Part shown: piece by piece, positions 1 to 10,400 of the stretch | Position numbering within the stretch: the stretch's first letter is position 1 | How the letters are laid out: each line of letters starts with the position of its first letter | Assembly: GCA_963681965.1 (NCBI GenBank) | Contig: OY820579.1 | Coordinates: 2,368,001 to 2,432,000 of the forward strand | DNA from: a bacterium | GTDB taxonomy: Bacteria > Electryoneota > JAOADG01 | Direction: 5' to 3' | Length of the DNA: 64,000 nucleotides | The notes under the pieces: generated by a model | Seen by the model: only the letters and a program-made list of their open reading frames with translations | What the model was told of the DNA's origin: nothing | Database searches by the model: none | Program-made: the position numbers and the translations under genes

Positions 1-561
1 CGCTCGTTTCGGAAGTTAAGCTTGAACTTCAGACGAATAGACATCAATTTCCACATTGATCCACTTAGCCTTACAACAGTTGCACTACCATCAAAATTCC
101 AGGTGATCAAATCGAAAGGCGCTCATCACCGCGAGCGTCAATCCACCGATTGTTGCAGCGAACGAATCGATTGAAGTGAAGTACGTGAGATTAATCTTGT
201 CATATCATCAGAAGCATTCAGATTGACGAATTTCGGATGTGAAGTTTGAGAAGTTCGTACGTATATATAGTATGAGGATGATGTTTGAATTCGAGTATTT
301 TGATCATTGGATCGCTGTACAAATTAATATTTAGAGACCTACACAATCCTGTGCTCGCATCAGTAAATCACACATCATTGATCACCAGAGTAATCGATTC
401 GGAACAATTCACATATAAAAATCTTGATGATTACAAATCCAGTAGTACTTGTTATCTCTAAATGAAACTTTCGTGCGATTGATCTTAACAATCAATTTCG
501 AATGAATCAGATTGGATGTCGTTAGACTGATCTGCCCCCATTATTTGTACCAGTGTCTATG

Positions 562-1437
562 TCACACTGGTCTCATTCCTGCGTAGCGTAGCGGAGCAGG
601 AATGAGTGGTAACTCTGTTTCCGGTGCCGGCGGCAGATAGCCCAAAGAGCTGTGCGGTCGAATCGTATTGTAATGGTGCCGCCATTGTTCGATAATCACC
701 TTTGCTTCCAATATGGTATCAAAGATTTCACCCTTCAGCAACAGTTTCAACCGACAGTTAAAACTTTCGATGTATCCGTTTTCCCACGGGCTGCCAGGCG
801 TAATAAACAAGGGTTGCACATCAACCCGGGGCAGCCACGCTAGTACCTCATTCGCCGTAAACTCAGGGCCATTGTCACTACGAACATGAATCGGTGTACC
901 TCGTACTACAAACAGTTCTTCCAGTACGCAAAGAACATCATCCGCCTTGATCTTCCGGGCTACCAGGATCGCAAGGCATTCCCGGGTGTATTCGTCCATG
1001 ATCGCAAAGATCTTGAACGAACGACCATTCGACGTATGCCACGTGACAAAGTCGAAGCTCCAGACATGATCCGGATGTTCCGGACGTAGACGGATGCAGG
1101 AACCATCATTCAGCCACAGTCTTCGACGCTTCTTCTGCTTCTTCGGGACCTTCAGTCCGGACTGTCGCCAGATCCGTTCCACCCGTTTGTGGTTTACCCG
1201 CCAGCCGATGTTACGGATCATCGCCGTTACGATCCGGTAGCCATACCCGCCATACTGGCAAGCCAGAAATACCACCAGCGAGACCAACGGGCCTTCGTCG
1301 GCACGACGAAGCGGTGCATACCGGTGACTCGTTCGTGGTTCGCAAAGAACCGTACAGACCCGTCGTTCCGAGACCCGATCAATGCCCAGCGAATGGCGAA
1401 CAGTAAGCGCAGTCTCGCGACGCTTCGCCGGGCACAC
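562..1437 (-). CDS. IS3-family transposase OrfB (DDE/rve integrase core)
   Basis: Motifs YGYR, NHKRVERIW, WSFDF, RSDNGPEF, PGSPWENGYIESFN, RPHSSLGY. Confidence 0.95.
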   Translation of the reverse strand: MCPAKRRETALTVRHSLGIDRVSERRVCTVLCEPRTSHRYAPLRRADEGPLVSLVVFLACQYGGYGYRIVTAMIRNIGWRVNHKRVERIWRQSGLKVPKKQKKRRRLWLNDGSCIRLRPEHPDHVWSFDFVTWHTSNGRSFKIFAIMDEYTRECLAILVARKIKADDVLCVLEELFVVRGTPIHVRSDNGPEFTANEVLAWLPRVDVQPLFITPGSPWENGYIESFNCRLKLLLKGEIFDTILEAKVIIEQWRHHYNTIRPHSSLGYLPPAPETELPLIPAPLRYAGMRPV

Positions 1438-1712
1438 TATTTTCCCTTGAGAGCCTCCTGCAGGATCTCTTTGTCCAAGGTCAGATCAGATACGACCTTC
1501 CGAAGACGGCCATTCTCGCGTTCCAGTTCCTTCAAACGCTTCGCCTGATCCAGCTTCAAACCACCGTATTCCTTGCGCCAGTGGTAGTAAGTATGTTCCT
1601 GGATGCCCAACTTCCGGCAAACTTCACGGACGCTCATCCCCTTCCCAATCTCAACTTCCGCTTCACGAAGCATCGGGATAATCTGCTCCGCAGTTCGCTT
1701 CACTCCACGCAT
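1437..1712 (-). CDS. IS3-family transposase OrfA (HTH)
   Basis: EQII..LRE...VCRKLGI..HTYYHWRKEYGG...RLKELEREN.RL...V.DL.LDK; ends at the slippery site G GGA AAA TAG. Confidence 0.95.
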   Translation of the reverse strand: MRGVKRTAEQIIPMLREAEVEIGKGMSVREVCRKLGIQEHTYYHWRKEYGGLKLDQAKRLKELERENGRLRKVVSDLTLDKEILQEALKGK

Positions 1713-1777
1713 GAAAACCTCCCATAAAAGGTACTACTCTGACATAGAGAGTGGTACTACTTTCGGGGGCTAGATCA

Positions 1778-2284
1778 GTTTCAATCGTTCGCGAAATTGG
1801 TCCTATTATGACAGCACTTATTTGCGCTGGCAAGGTTGGTTCCGGTATCGGTGCGGAACTTGCCTCCATGCGCGTGACCGAGCAGATCGATGCGATGCAG
1901 GTATCGGGTACGGATCCGTTTAAATATGTGGTCGTTACTCGGGTACTAGCGGCGATGATGATGATTCCAGTTCTTACGATTTTCTCTGACGCGTCCTCGT
2001 TCTTCGGGTCGTATTTAGGCGTCAATCTACAAGGAGATGTAAGCCTTCAATTATTCCTTTCGCAGGCAATGACGCGGCTTACTTTTACAGATTTGCTCCC
2101 GGCAGTTATCAAGACATTTTTCTTTGGATTCGCGATCGGTATCATCGGAGCTTACAAGGGATACAACGCCAATAGTGGAACAGAAGGTGTCGGAAAGGCG
2201 GCAAATGCTGCCGTCGTGATGGCATCGCTATCGATTTTTATCATCGATTTAATTGCGGTACAGATCGTAAGCATTTTCATTTAA
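1778..2284 (+). pseudogene. mlaE: 5'-truncated MlaE ABC permease (N-terminal part lost at the IS end)
   Basis: Homology starts abruptly at VSIVREIGPIMTALICAGKVGSGIGAELASMRVTEQIDA, exactly at the IS boundary; the C-terminus GVGKAANAAVV is intact; mlaF and mlaD follow. Confidence 0.88.
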
Positions 2285-2299
2285 TATCAGGCTAGAGCA

Positions 2300-3112
2300 A
2301 TGGAATCGAAAACTAAAGTGACTGAGATGAATGGGGAGAAACAAGTTCCGGAATCGATCGGATCGAACGACTGTTTGATCGAAGTTCAACATTTAAAAAA
2401 ATCGTTCGGTGAAAGCGAAGTATTGAAAGATGTCTCCTTTGCGGTGACAAAAAGTGAAAGTCTTGCAGTGCTGGGTAAGTCGGGCACGGGAAAATCGGTG
2501 CTCATCAAATGCATTGTGGGTCTGATTGAACCGGATGAGGGAACAATTATTCTATTTGGTAAGGACATTGCGACTGTTTCGAAGAAAGAGCTGGCTGAAC
2601 TTCGAAATAAAATCGGTTTTCTCTTTCAGAGTGCAGCGCTTTACGATTCGATGAGTGTAAGGGAAAATCTCGAATTTCCGCTAAGGAACGTTAAACCGAA
2701 ACCGTCACGAAGCGAAATCGACGAATTAGTCAGCGAGGCTTTGAAGAGTGTCGGATTATCCGATGCCATCGATAAAATGCCATCGGAACTATCGGGCGGT
2801 ATGCGCAAGCGATTGGGTCTTGCGCGAACACTGATTCAGAAACCCGAGATTATGCTATATGATGAACCAACGACAGGTCTCGACCCGATCACAGCAAGAG
2901 AAATCAATTCGCTAATTCTAGAGGTACAAAAAAATAACCAAACAACGTCGATCATCATTACCCACGATATGGAGTGTACGAAAACCACTTCGAACCGGAT
3001 TATCGTGCTGGGAGATGGGCACTGTTTGGCTGAAGGAACGTTCGAGGAACTGGAGCACTCGAACGATGACAACGTGAAGTCATTTTTCGAATGGCAAACC
3101 GAATTGCACTAG
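2300..3112 (+). CDS. mlaF: MlaF/Mkl-type ABC ATP-binding protein
   Basis: Walker A GKSGTGKS, LFQSAALYDSM, LSGGMRKR, LYDEPTTGLDP; lies between mlaE and mlaD. Confidence 0.93.
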   Translation: MESKTKVTEMNGEKQVPESIGSNDCLIEVQHLKKSFGESEVLKDVSFAVTKSESLAVLGKSGTGKSVLIKCIVGLIEPDEGTIILFGKDIATVSKKELAELRNKIGFLFQSAALYDSMSVRENLEFPLRNVKPKPSRSEIDELVSEALKSVGLSDAIDKMPSELSGGMRKRLGLARTLIQKPEIMLYDEPTTGLDPITAREINSLILEVQKNNQTTSIIITHDMECTKTTSNRIIVLGDGHCLAEGTFEELEHSNDDNVKSFFEWQTELH

Positions 3113-3145
3113 TCAGTGCGACTTCGCGAAAAAGGAGTGTTCGCC

Positions 3146-3910
3146 ATGATCAAAAAATCATCGACTCATATCAAACTCGGGATATTTATTACGAGTGGAC
3201 TAATTTTGTTTGCTTCCGCAATCTATATAATCGGTATGAATCAGCAATTTTTCAATAAGACGTTCCATATTTATGGCATATTCAGCGATGTGAATGGACT
3301 TCAGGAAGGCAACAATATTCGATATGCAGGCATTAAAGTGGGAATTATTGAAAGCATTTTAATGGTAGGCGACACCACGGTGTGTGTTGACATTTCAATC
3401 GATGAATCCGTTCGGAAGTTTATTAAAAAAGACGCTGTTGCATTGATTGGAACCGAAGGTTTAATGGGAAATAAAGCACTCATTATTACGCCCGGAACCA
3501 GTACTTTACCGCAAATTAATTCCGGTGATACAATTAAGACTAGACCTCCGCTGAATATCGATCGAATGATGGGTACAGTCAAGTTAACGAACGATAATTT
3601 GGCGCGCATCACGGATGATATGTCCGAAATCGTCCACTCGATCAGGCAGGGAAAAGGAACGGTCGGTAAACTGCTGATGGATACTACATTTCTGAAAGTT
3701 CCGATCGATAATGTAATCCAAGTTACTACCGATCTACAGGATATCGTCGCCACAATACGCGCTGGCGAAGGTGTTTTGGGAAGATTAGTCGCTGATTCGG
3801 TGGCAACTCGAGAAATTGATACTACACTAGTGAATCTTAAAGAGGCATCAGAGAACTTTAAAATCCTGACTGTAAAGGCGAAGAAGAGTTTTCTGCTTTG
3901 GGGATTTTAG
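3146..3910 (+). CDS. mlaD: MlaD/MCE-family substrate-binding protein
   Basis: N-terminal TM, then F.DVNGLQEGNNIRYAGIKVG and IGTEGLMGNK; ATG at 3146 follows AAGGAG. Confidence 0.9.
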   Translation: MIKKSSTHIKLGIFITSGLILFASAIYIIGMNQQFFNKTFHIYGIFSDVNGLQEGNNIRYAGIKVGIIESILMVGDTTVCVDISIDESVRKFIKKDAVALIGTEGLMGNKALIITPGTSTLPQINSGDTIKTRPPLNIDRMMGTVKLTNDNLARITDDMSEIVHSIRQGKGTVGKLLMDTTFLKVPIDNVIQVTTDLQDIVATIRAGEGVLGRLVADSVATREIDTTLVNLKEASENFKILTVKAKKSFLLWGF

Positions 3911-4643
3911 GAGTCAAATATTCGAGATCTCTTGAAATAGTACAAAATAATAGCTACTAATCTTACTATCTTTGATCGAATAGGAACCTTTGAGAATCAG
4001 GTATCGCAATAATAACCTCTGCGGAGATTCTATATAAATTATCGAATACATGTTATAATCAATACTATTTATCTTTGTTCTCTCGATATATTATTCGACG
4101 ATACACTGCATAATGAAATTGCCAGTCAATTGAATTTGATTAACTAGTAATTTTGAAGCAACACTTAGAGACCATAAATCCCTACCACCATCACGACCAG
4201 GTCGAAAACGGGTGCATGTTTCTCCAAGTACTAATTCATGATTTGATTGGTCTACGAATTGAAGCAGATCATTCTTGTTGACTACTGGAAAATCTACCGA
4301 TTGAAAGAGACGTTGCCAACATTGTTGTTACCGAATATCGCCGCTCGAACGGTTGAAAACAATGTGAAAAAAGTGTAACATTATATTATTGGCGGAAGAG
4401 TGATCACCTCTTCGCCTGTACCCCGGAAGCCCCGTTATCCGATCGATGAAGTTGTCACTGATTCGATTGTCACCAATTCGAATTCTAGCGAATTTCATTT
4501 GAGAAAAAGTGGCAGGCTGCTCGCTTGCCACTATTTATTTTACATTTTTCTTCAAAAAACCGTATTGATCGTGGAATTAGGAACTTCGATATGACTATAT
4601 TTAGTAAGGAAATAACCTGAAAAATGGTTCTCTGCTAGGCGAA

Positions 4644-6875
4644 TTGATGACTAATTCCAGCGCTACTGTAACTCCAGATCGGGCATCCCAAATTGGCGAT
4701 TTCTGGGGCGGACTCGCGTCCATGTTCGTTGCGCTTCCATCCTCGATCGCATTTGGTATCGCCGTTTATACGACACTCGATCCCGGATTTGCCGGACAAG
4801 GGGCAATGGCTGGAATACTAGGTGCCGGGGCATTAGGGATTGTCGCCTCCATGATTGGTCGCAACGGCGGACTGATCTCAGCACCGTGTGCGCCTGCAGC
4901 AGCGGTATTGACCGCCTTGATTATCGGATTACTTTCGAATGGCGCGTTCGCGGCGCGTGGAACCGATATTCCGCTGCTGATTACCTTGACCATATTTTTT
5001 GCGGCACTGTTTCAACTATTCTACGGCTTAATCGGTTGGGGTCGATTGATCAAATTTATCCCATACCCGGTTGTAAGTGGGTACATGTCGGGAGTTGGAA
5101 TCCTTATCGCGCTAGGTCAACTACCGAAACTCCTGGGTCTTCCATCCGGCACCAATTTGCAAGATGGATTCATGCATCCGGAAATCTGGAGAATTCCCGG
5201 TCTGTCAGTTGGAATCGTTACAATCATTGTAACATTAATATCGCCGCGATTCACCACCAGAATTCCTGCCACTATTCTTGGTTTGCTCGCCGGCATCGCT
5301 ACTTATTTTAGTTTGTCGACAATCTATCCGGAATTATTACTAGTTCAGGGGAATTCACTTATTATTGGTCCGATTGAAACTTCAGGATCGTTTTTTTCAA
5401 CGATATCCGGACACTTTTACGGTCTGATTCACATCGATCTCATCTCGATTACTGCGGTTCTGGTTCCAGCGCTGACGCTATCGGTTTTGCTCTCGATCGA
5501 TACGCTCAAAACATGCGTGGTGCTGGATACAATTTCCATCAGTCGACATAACTCCGATCGAGTGTTAAAAGGGGTTGGCATTGGAAATCTGGTCGTTTCG
5601 TTTTTAGGGGGTATTCCCGGTGCCGGTACGATGGGACCATCGTTGGTCAATTCCGCAAGTGGCGGTCGTACGCCTCGTTCCGGGGTGTACGAAGGGATAT
5701 TTGTGCTACTGGTTTTCCTGCTACTGCGACCGTTGATTGCCTGGGTGCCGATCGGTGCATTGGCGGGAATTCTGATGGTGATTGCCTGGCGAATGTTCGA
5801 CCGAAGTATGTTCCACTTGTTGAAATTGCCAACGGGACGACTTGATTTTGTCGTAATAGCCGGTGTCGTCTTTCTGGCAGTGGCATTCGACCTAATCGTT
5901 GCAACCGGGGTTGGTGTCGGGTTGGCAATTCTCCTTTTTATCCGCGATCAGGTCAAGGTTTCCATCATCTACCGGAAACAATATTTGAATCAAGTATCCT
6001 CGAAAACGCGCCGTGTTGCCAGCGAACGGGCGATCATCGAACGAGACGGCGAACAAGGTGTTTTGTGTGAATTGCAGGGAAATCTCTTTTTCGGAACTGC
6101 CGATCAATTATTCGCGCAACTAGAACCCGATCTCCGGACAAAACGTTTCATTTTGTTCGATCTACGGCGAGTCCAGTCGATCGATTATACCGCCATGCAT
6201 TTTATCAAACAGATGCAGACGTTGCTCACTCGCCGGAATGGAAGTTTGTTGTTCTGTAGTCTCTCTAGTGCACTGTTGAGCAAGAATATTTTCGAACACT
6301 CGCTCAAAGATGCCGGGATACTGGATTCGAACAGTGATAGTATCCTGTTTGGAACTTTGGATGATGCTTTGGAATGGATTGAAAATCGATTGCTCGAAAC
6401 CGCCGGTGTCACCTCCGAACCGGACGAATCGCCCGTCCTTCTAGATGAGTTTAACATCTTTCGCGGGCAGGATGAGACTATACTGGAAGAACTGGCAAAG
6501 ACTATCCAAGAACGGTTTTACAAAAAAGGGGATACGATCTTTGCGAAAGGCGAACTGGGGGACGAAATATTTTTTGTTCGCCGGGGAAGTGTACGAATTG
6601 TCCTCCCGTTTGAAAGCGGAGCTGTTCACCACTTGGTGAATATTGGTCGAGCAGACTTTTTCGGGGAACTGGCATTTCTCGATCAAGGTAAGCGCTCAGC
6701 CAATGCTGAAGCGAAAGAAGATTGCGAGTTGTATGTTTTATCGCGCCAGTCGTTCGAAGCAGTAGTAGCGAAACGAGAAAAATTCGGTCGGGAAGTTTTA
6801 AAACGATTGGCGCTGACGATTGCCGAACACTTACGTCAAGCCGATGCCGAATTGCAATTGAGTAAAGAACGGTGA
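4644..6875 (+). CDS. sulP: SulP/SLC26 anion transporter with STAS and C-terminal cyclic-nucleotide-binding domain
   Basis: LPSSIAFG, KFIPYPVVSGYMSGVG, STAS (GNLFFGTA...DLRRVQSIDYTA), cNMP domain (FFGELAFLD..RSA.A.A). Confidence 0.92.
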   Translation: MMTNSSATVTPDRASQIGDFWGGLASMFVALPSSIAFGIAVYTTLDPGFAGQGAMAGILGAGALGIVASMIGRNGGLISAPCAPAAAVLTALIIGLLSNGAFAARGTDIPLLITLTIFFAALFQLFYGLIGWGRLIKFIPYPVVSGYMSGVGILIALGQLPKLLGLPSGTNLQDGFMHPEIWRIPGLSVGIVTIIVTLISPRFTTRIPATILGLLAGIATYFSLSTIYPELLLVQGNSLIIGPIETSGSFFSTISGHFYGLIHIDLISITAVLVPALTLSVLLSIDTLKTCVVLDTISISRHNSDRVLKGVGIGNLVVSFLGGIPGAGTMGPSLVNSASGGRTPRSGVYEGIFVLLVFLLLRPLIAWVPIGALAGILMVIAWRMFDRSMFHLLKLPTGRLDFVVIAGVVFLAVAFDLIVATGVGVGLAILLFIRDQVKVSIIYRKQYLNQVSSKTRRVASERAIIERDGEQGVLCELQGNLFFGTADQLFAQLEPDLRTKRFILFDLRRVQSIDYTAMHFIKQMQTLLTRRNGSLLFCSLSSALLSKNIFEHSLKDAGILDSNSDSILFGTLDDALEWIENRLLETAGVTSEPDESPVLLDEFNIFRGQDETILEELAKTIQERFYKKGDTIFAKGELGDEIFFVRRGSVRIVLPFESGAVHHLVNIGRADFFGELAFLDQGKRSANAEAKEDCELYVLSRQSFEAVVAKREKFGREVLKRLALTIAEHLRQADAELQLSKER

Positions 6876-7152
6876 TGCGACGAAAGAATTACTTCTGTAT
6901 CGAGCGACAGACTTAATCTTATTAGTGCACTTAAATGGGAAATCTTCTCCACTCCACTCAGATCAACTTTCGCGACCAAATATTCAGTAATATTATTCAT
7001 TCGATTATACATCGATGGAAAGCTTGTTATAAAAATATTTTCGCTATTGAGACCGAAAATTCTGTTCTGATTATTATCACTTCCATTCTTTGGTCGGTAG
7101 GTCAAGTTCGGTTCTATCCGATTATTCTCATTTCGGTAATCAACGACCAGAT

Positions 7153-7270
7153 TATAGTGGTTCTTGAAAATAAGTTGTCATGATTCGGTGTCAGGATTTG
7201 CCTGACCTGCGGGCGGACGCGGGGATCCGCCCCTACTACCGATAACAACTTATTTTCCAGAGATACTATA
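7153..7270. repeat. 118-bp MITE-like element, copy 1 (TATA-ended about 29-bp TIRs, internal GTAG-type REP)
   Basis: TATAGTGGTTCTTGAAAATAAGTTGTCAT...ATAACAACTTATTTTCCAGAGATACTATA; similar copies at 12932, 48761 and 54554. Confidence 0.9.
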
Positions 7271-7273
7271 TAC

Positions 7274-7317
7274 AAAAAAAATCTCGATTGAACTGCAAGA
7301 GGCAGCTCAATCGAGAT
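7274..7317 (-). terminator. Probable intrinsic terminator downstream of the C25 gene
   Basis: Hairpin ATCTCGATTGA...TCAATCGAGAT preceded by an A-run (U-tract on the minus strand). Confidence 0.6.
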
Positions 7318-7414
7318 AATAGCACAGAATTGTCACTTAAAAAATAGTTGTCATGATTTGGTGGTCGGCTTTTGTCGAATATGTACCGACGAGCGAGTCT
7401 GTACTTACAAATAC

Positions 7415-7444
7415 CGACGGGCGACCGCGGCGGGTCGCCCGTAC
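7415..7444 (-). repeat. Standalone REP-like palindrome
   Basis: Minus strand reads GTACGGGCGACCCGCCGCGGTCGCCCGT: a GTAC tetranucleotide plus a GC hairpin. Confidence 0.55.
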
Positions 7445-7460
7445 AATCGAACAGCGAAAA

Positions 7461-10400
7461 TTATTTCAACAGCACCATCTTCCGTGTAGCTGAAAATGTA
7501 CCAGCCTCGAGACGATAGAAATACACGCCATTCGCTAAACTGGAACCGTCGAATGTGACGGTATGCTTGCCTGCTGCAAACGGTTTACCGGTAGACAGCG
7601 ACGCGACAACCTGCCCAAGGTTGTTGTAGACGGATAAACTGACCGGCATCATCCGCGGAACTGAGAAAGTAATCGATGTAACCGGATTAAACGGATTCGG
7701 TCGATTTTGCAGCAATGAATAGGTTAGTGGAAGTTGCTCCGGCGTCTGAGTTACTTCACTGTTAGGATTGAACACATTCATGACGATTGGAACATACACA
7801 AGCGGCACACTGGAATTATTGCTAATCCTCAGTCCATCGGAATATCGAACTGGCAGATTCGTGCTTGTCATCGAAATGGATACAGTTTCGAGTTGATTGG
7901 CTAGTAATTCTCCCGATACTGGCGAAACCTGAATCCATGACCGATCCACGGCAAGCTTGTAGATGCCCACGATATCGGAATTGGAGTGACTCATAAGCGC
8001 AATTGCCACCCAAAAAGTAGGATTCCAAGTATTGGTGATTGCTAAACCATATGCGGCATCGCCATTACTCCCCAGACTGGCGAGAATACGACTGGTACCG
8101 GTGGTTGGATTGATTTTTACAAGGCGAGTTCCAGTGGTATGCGATTGTTGATCGCGATAATAAGCGTACAATTTCATCCCATCCGGGTCGGCGGGAAACC
8201 ATGCCAATCCGAATAAACCGCTTATTGCAGGGATATCGCCGACAATCGAGTTATTAGCCAAATTTAGCTTGTAGATCGGGCTGTTTTGATCGGCATAATA
8301 GAGCATCCGATTGGCAGTATCGATTGTGATTGACCGTGCGACCGATACAAATTGGATCGGAATTCGTGAAAGAACGCTGCCAGTTCCAGTATCGATTCGA
8401 TCAATATGATTATCGTACGAACCATAGAGATACCGACCATCGAATGCCAGATCGCGCCAGCCGATGACACCAACACTGTCTGGGCAATTGTAAGTGTTCA
8501 ATAATTGCGTTCCAGTCCGATCGAGTTTGTACAACTTGTGCGGTCGAGCATAATTAGGGGAAGCACCGCTAATCCAAAAATGCTCCCCGTCGTATTCGAC
8601 ACCACTTAACATCGGATCGTTGATGAGTAGCGAGGATGGATTGATAGAAGCCAGTGACGAAAAGAGTGAATCCTCTTCCGATCCATTCGGGTTGATTGAC
8701 TGAGTAAGATTCCAAGTCAACGGTCCATTCCCGGTATTACGCAGGAATAAATGCAGAGTAGTGTCCTGTCCACCTGTCGATAAGCGGGCATAGAGCGAAT
8801 CATTCGGTGCCATTACGGTATCTTGCGGGTGTAACGTTATCCGAAGAATCGGTTTTCGCATTGTAAAGTGAACAGTGGTTGTACTGCTATCGCGAACACG
8901 GACGGTATCGGTAATCGGAATATACCCGAATGCTTGAATCGAAATCGGAAATGTGCCACTGGGGAAACGGTCGATACGAAACTGACCATTTGAATCGGTA
9001 ACAGCCGATGCGATCGCTTCACGAGAACTAATGACGGCTCCCTGAATCGGTCGACCATCGCTCAACTGAGTAACATCTCCGATAAGTCTTCCCGACACGA
9101 AGCTTGCCGAAGTAGCGAAGGTGATAGCACGGTTGATATCGACGCCATCGGGAATCACTGCAGCACCATTCGACCAGTCGTGCCAGAAAACATATTGTAA
9201 TGCCCGGGAGCGAGAAGAATCGCAAATCCCGATCGTAGTGAATCCCGGTTCGTATGGGTAGCTTAGATATTCACTGCTGCTCCGGGTTTTGTATTGGAAT
9301 TTAAGAATGCAATCGCTAGAAGGAACGCGTAATGATTGCGGGTTGTAGATGAGTACCTGAAATTCGTTTGGACCAGTAAAACCGTTCAGATAAGTAATAC
9401 CTTTCCAAGTGATCACGTAAGCATGTGAGCTGGAATCGTAACTACCGAACACACCTCCCGATGGATAACTGGGAATTAATAAATCCTGCCAGTCCACTGC
9501 TACCATATTGGGGGGAACATCGGGACCCGGTAATGCACGATTACGAAACGTGTACTGCAAATGCGAGCCATTTAGCGCATCGATTACCCGAGCCGGACCG
9601 AACGAAAACCAACCATTCGTGCATACTGTGATTGTGTCATAGATAATTCCATAATGTTGCGCATGAAAAGGTAGCCGGATTAATACCGAACTATCGGTAC
9701 TTTCGACCGGATCATTCAAATTCAACCGATTCGCCAATGTCTCATTATCGATCCACTGATAAGTCGGGTGCAAAAAATAGGATGTATCGGTATCGTCGAA
9801 TGCCATGTACCCATACGAATCGGGACCGGTGCAAAGTGTTGTTGGATAATCACCATCAACCCCAATCGTCACTGTGAAATACAAAGTGTCGCGAAGACTA
9901 TCACACTGAAAAATTGCCATCATACCGGCATGAGTACCGGGTATACTGTTTCTGGCGGAATGGATTTGAAATTGTTGAGTAGAAAGATTAGTCACCGTCA
10001 GTAACGACGGCAACGATGGAAATATCGCATTCGATACGTGAACTTCGATTTGCGGCGAGAGCGATATCAAACGCGCCTGAGAGGTTTGAACTGTTAGATC
10101 GCTAGTGTTCATCACCGAAATGGCTAAATTGGCAACCACATCGGGATTAAGTCGAGCCGGTGTGAGCGACGATCCGAAATAGCGCAATTGGATTGATTGT
10201 ATTGGTAAGGAAATTGGATAGGTCCACCGATACTGTGAATCGGCAGTGGTAATCCGAAGATGAAGCGGAAGGTGATCTCCGTTTCGGATATTCGTTGCAA
10301 TCGCAATTCGGAAATTAATGGCATTATATGCTGTGTCGCTTGGTGCGAGATTGGGATACGATCCCAGACTGTCGATCACTACAATTCGCGGATCGTCGGA

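Larger units (their letters stand above)
528..1777 (-). mobile_element. IS3-family insertion sequence (about 1250 bp, IS407-like organisation)
   Basis: Imperfect terminal inverted repeats with TG...CA ends: TGATCTGCCCCCATTATTTGTACCAGTGTCTATGTCA (528-564) versus the reverse complement of 1740-1777, TGATCTAGCCCCCGAAAGTAGTACCACTCTCTATGTCA. They enclose orfA and orfB. No flanking target duplication is visible. Confidence 0.95.

Noticed and set aside
3911-4640. Short ORFs 4328..4531 and 4400..4594
   Set aside because: No homology cues; treated as intergenic.
6873-7070. Open frame continuing after the sulP TGA (possible read-through)
   Set aside because: The cNMP domain is already complete, the extension resembles nothing, and there is no Cys-motif context.
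7153-7270. 118-bp repeats as a CRISPR array or riboswitch
   Set aside because: The copies are dispersed, have no spacers or cas genes, and have no fixed orientation relative to neighbouring genes.
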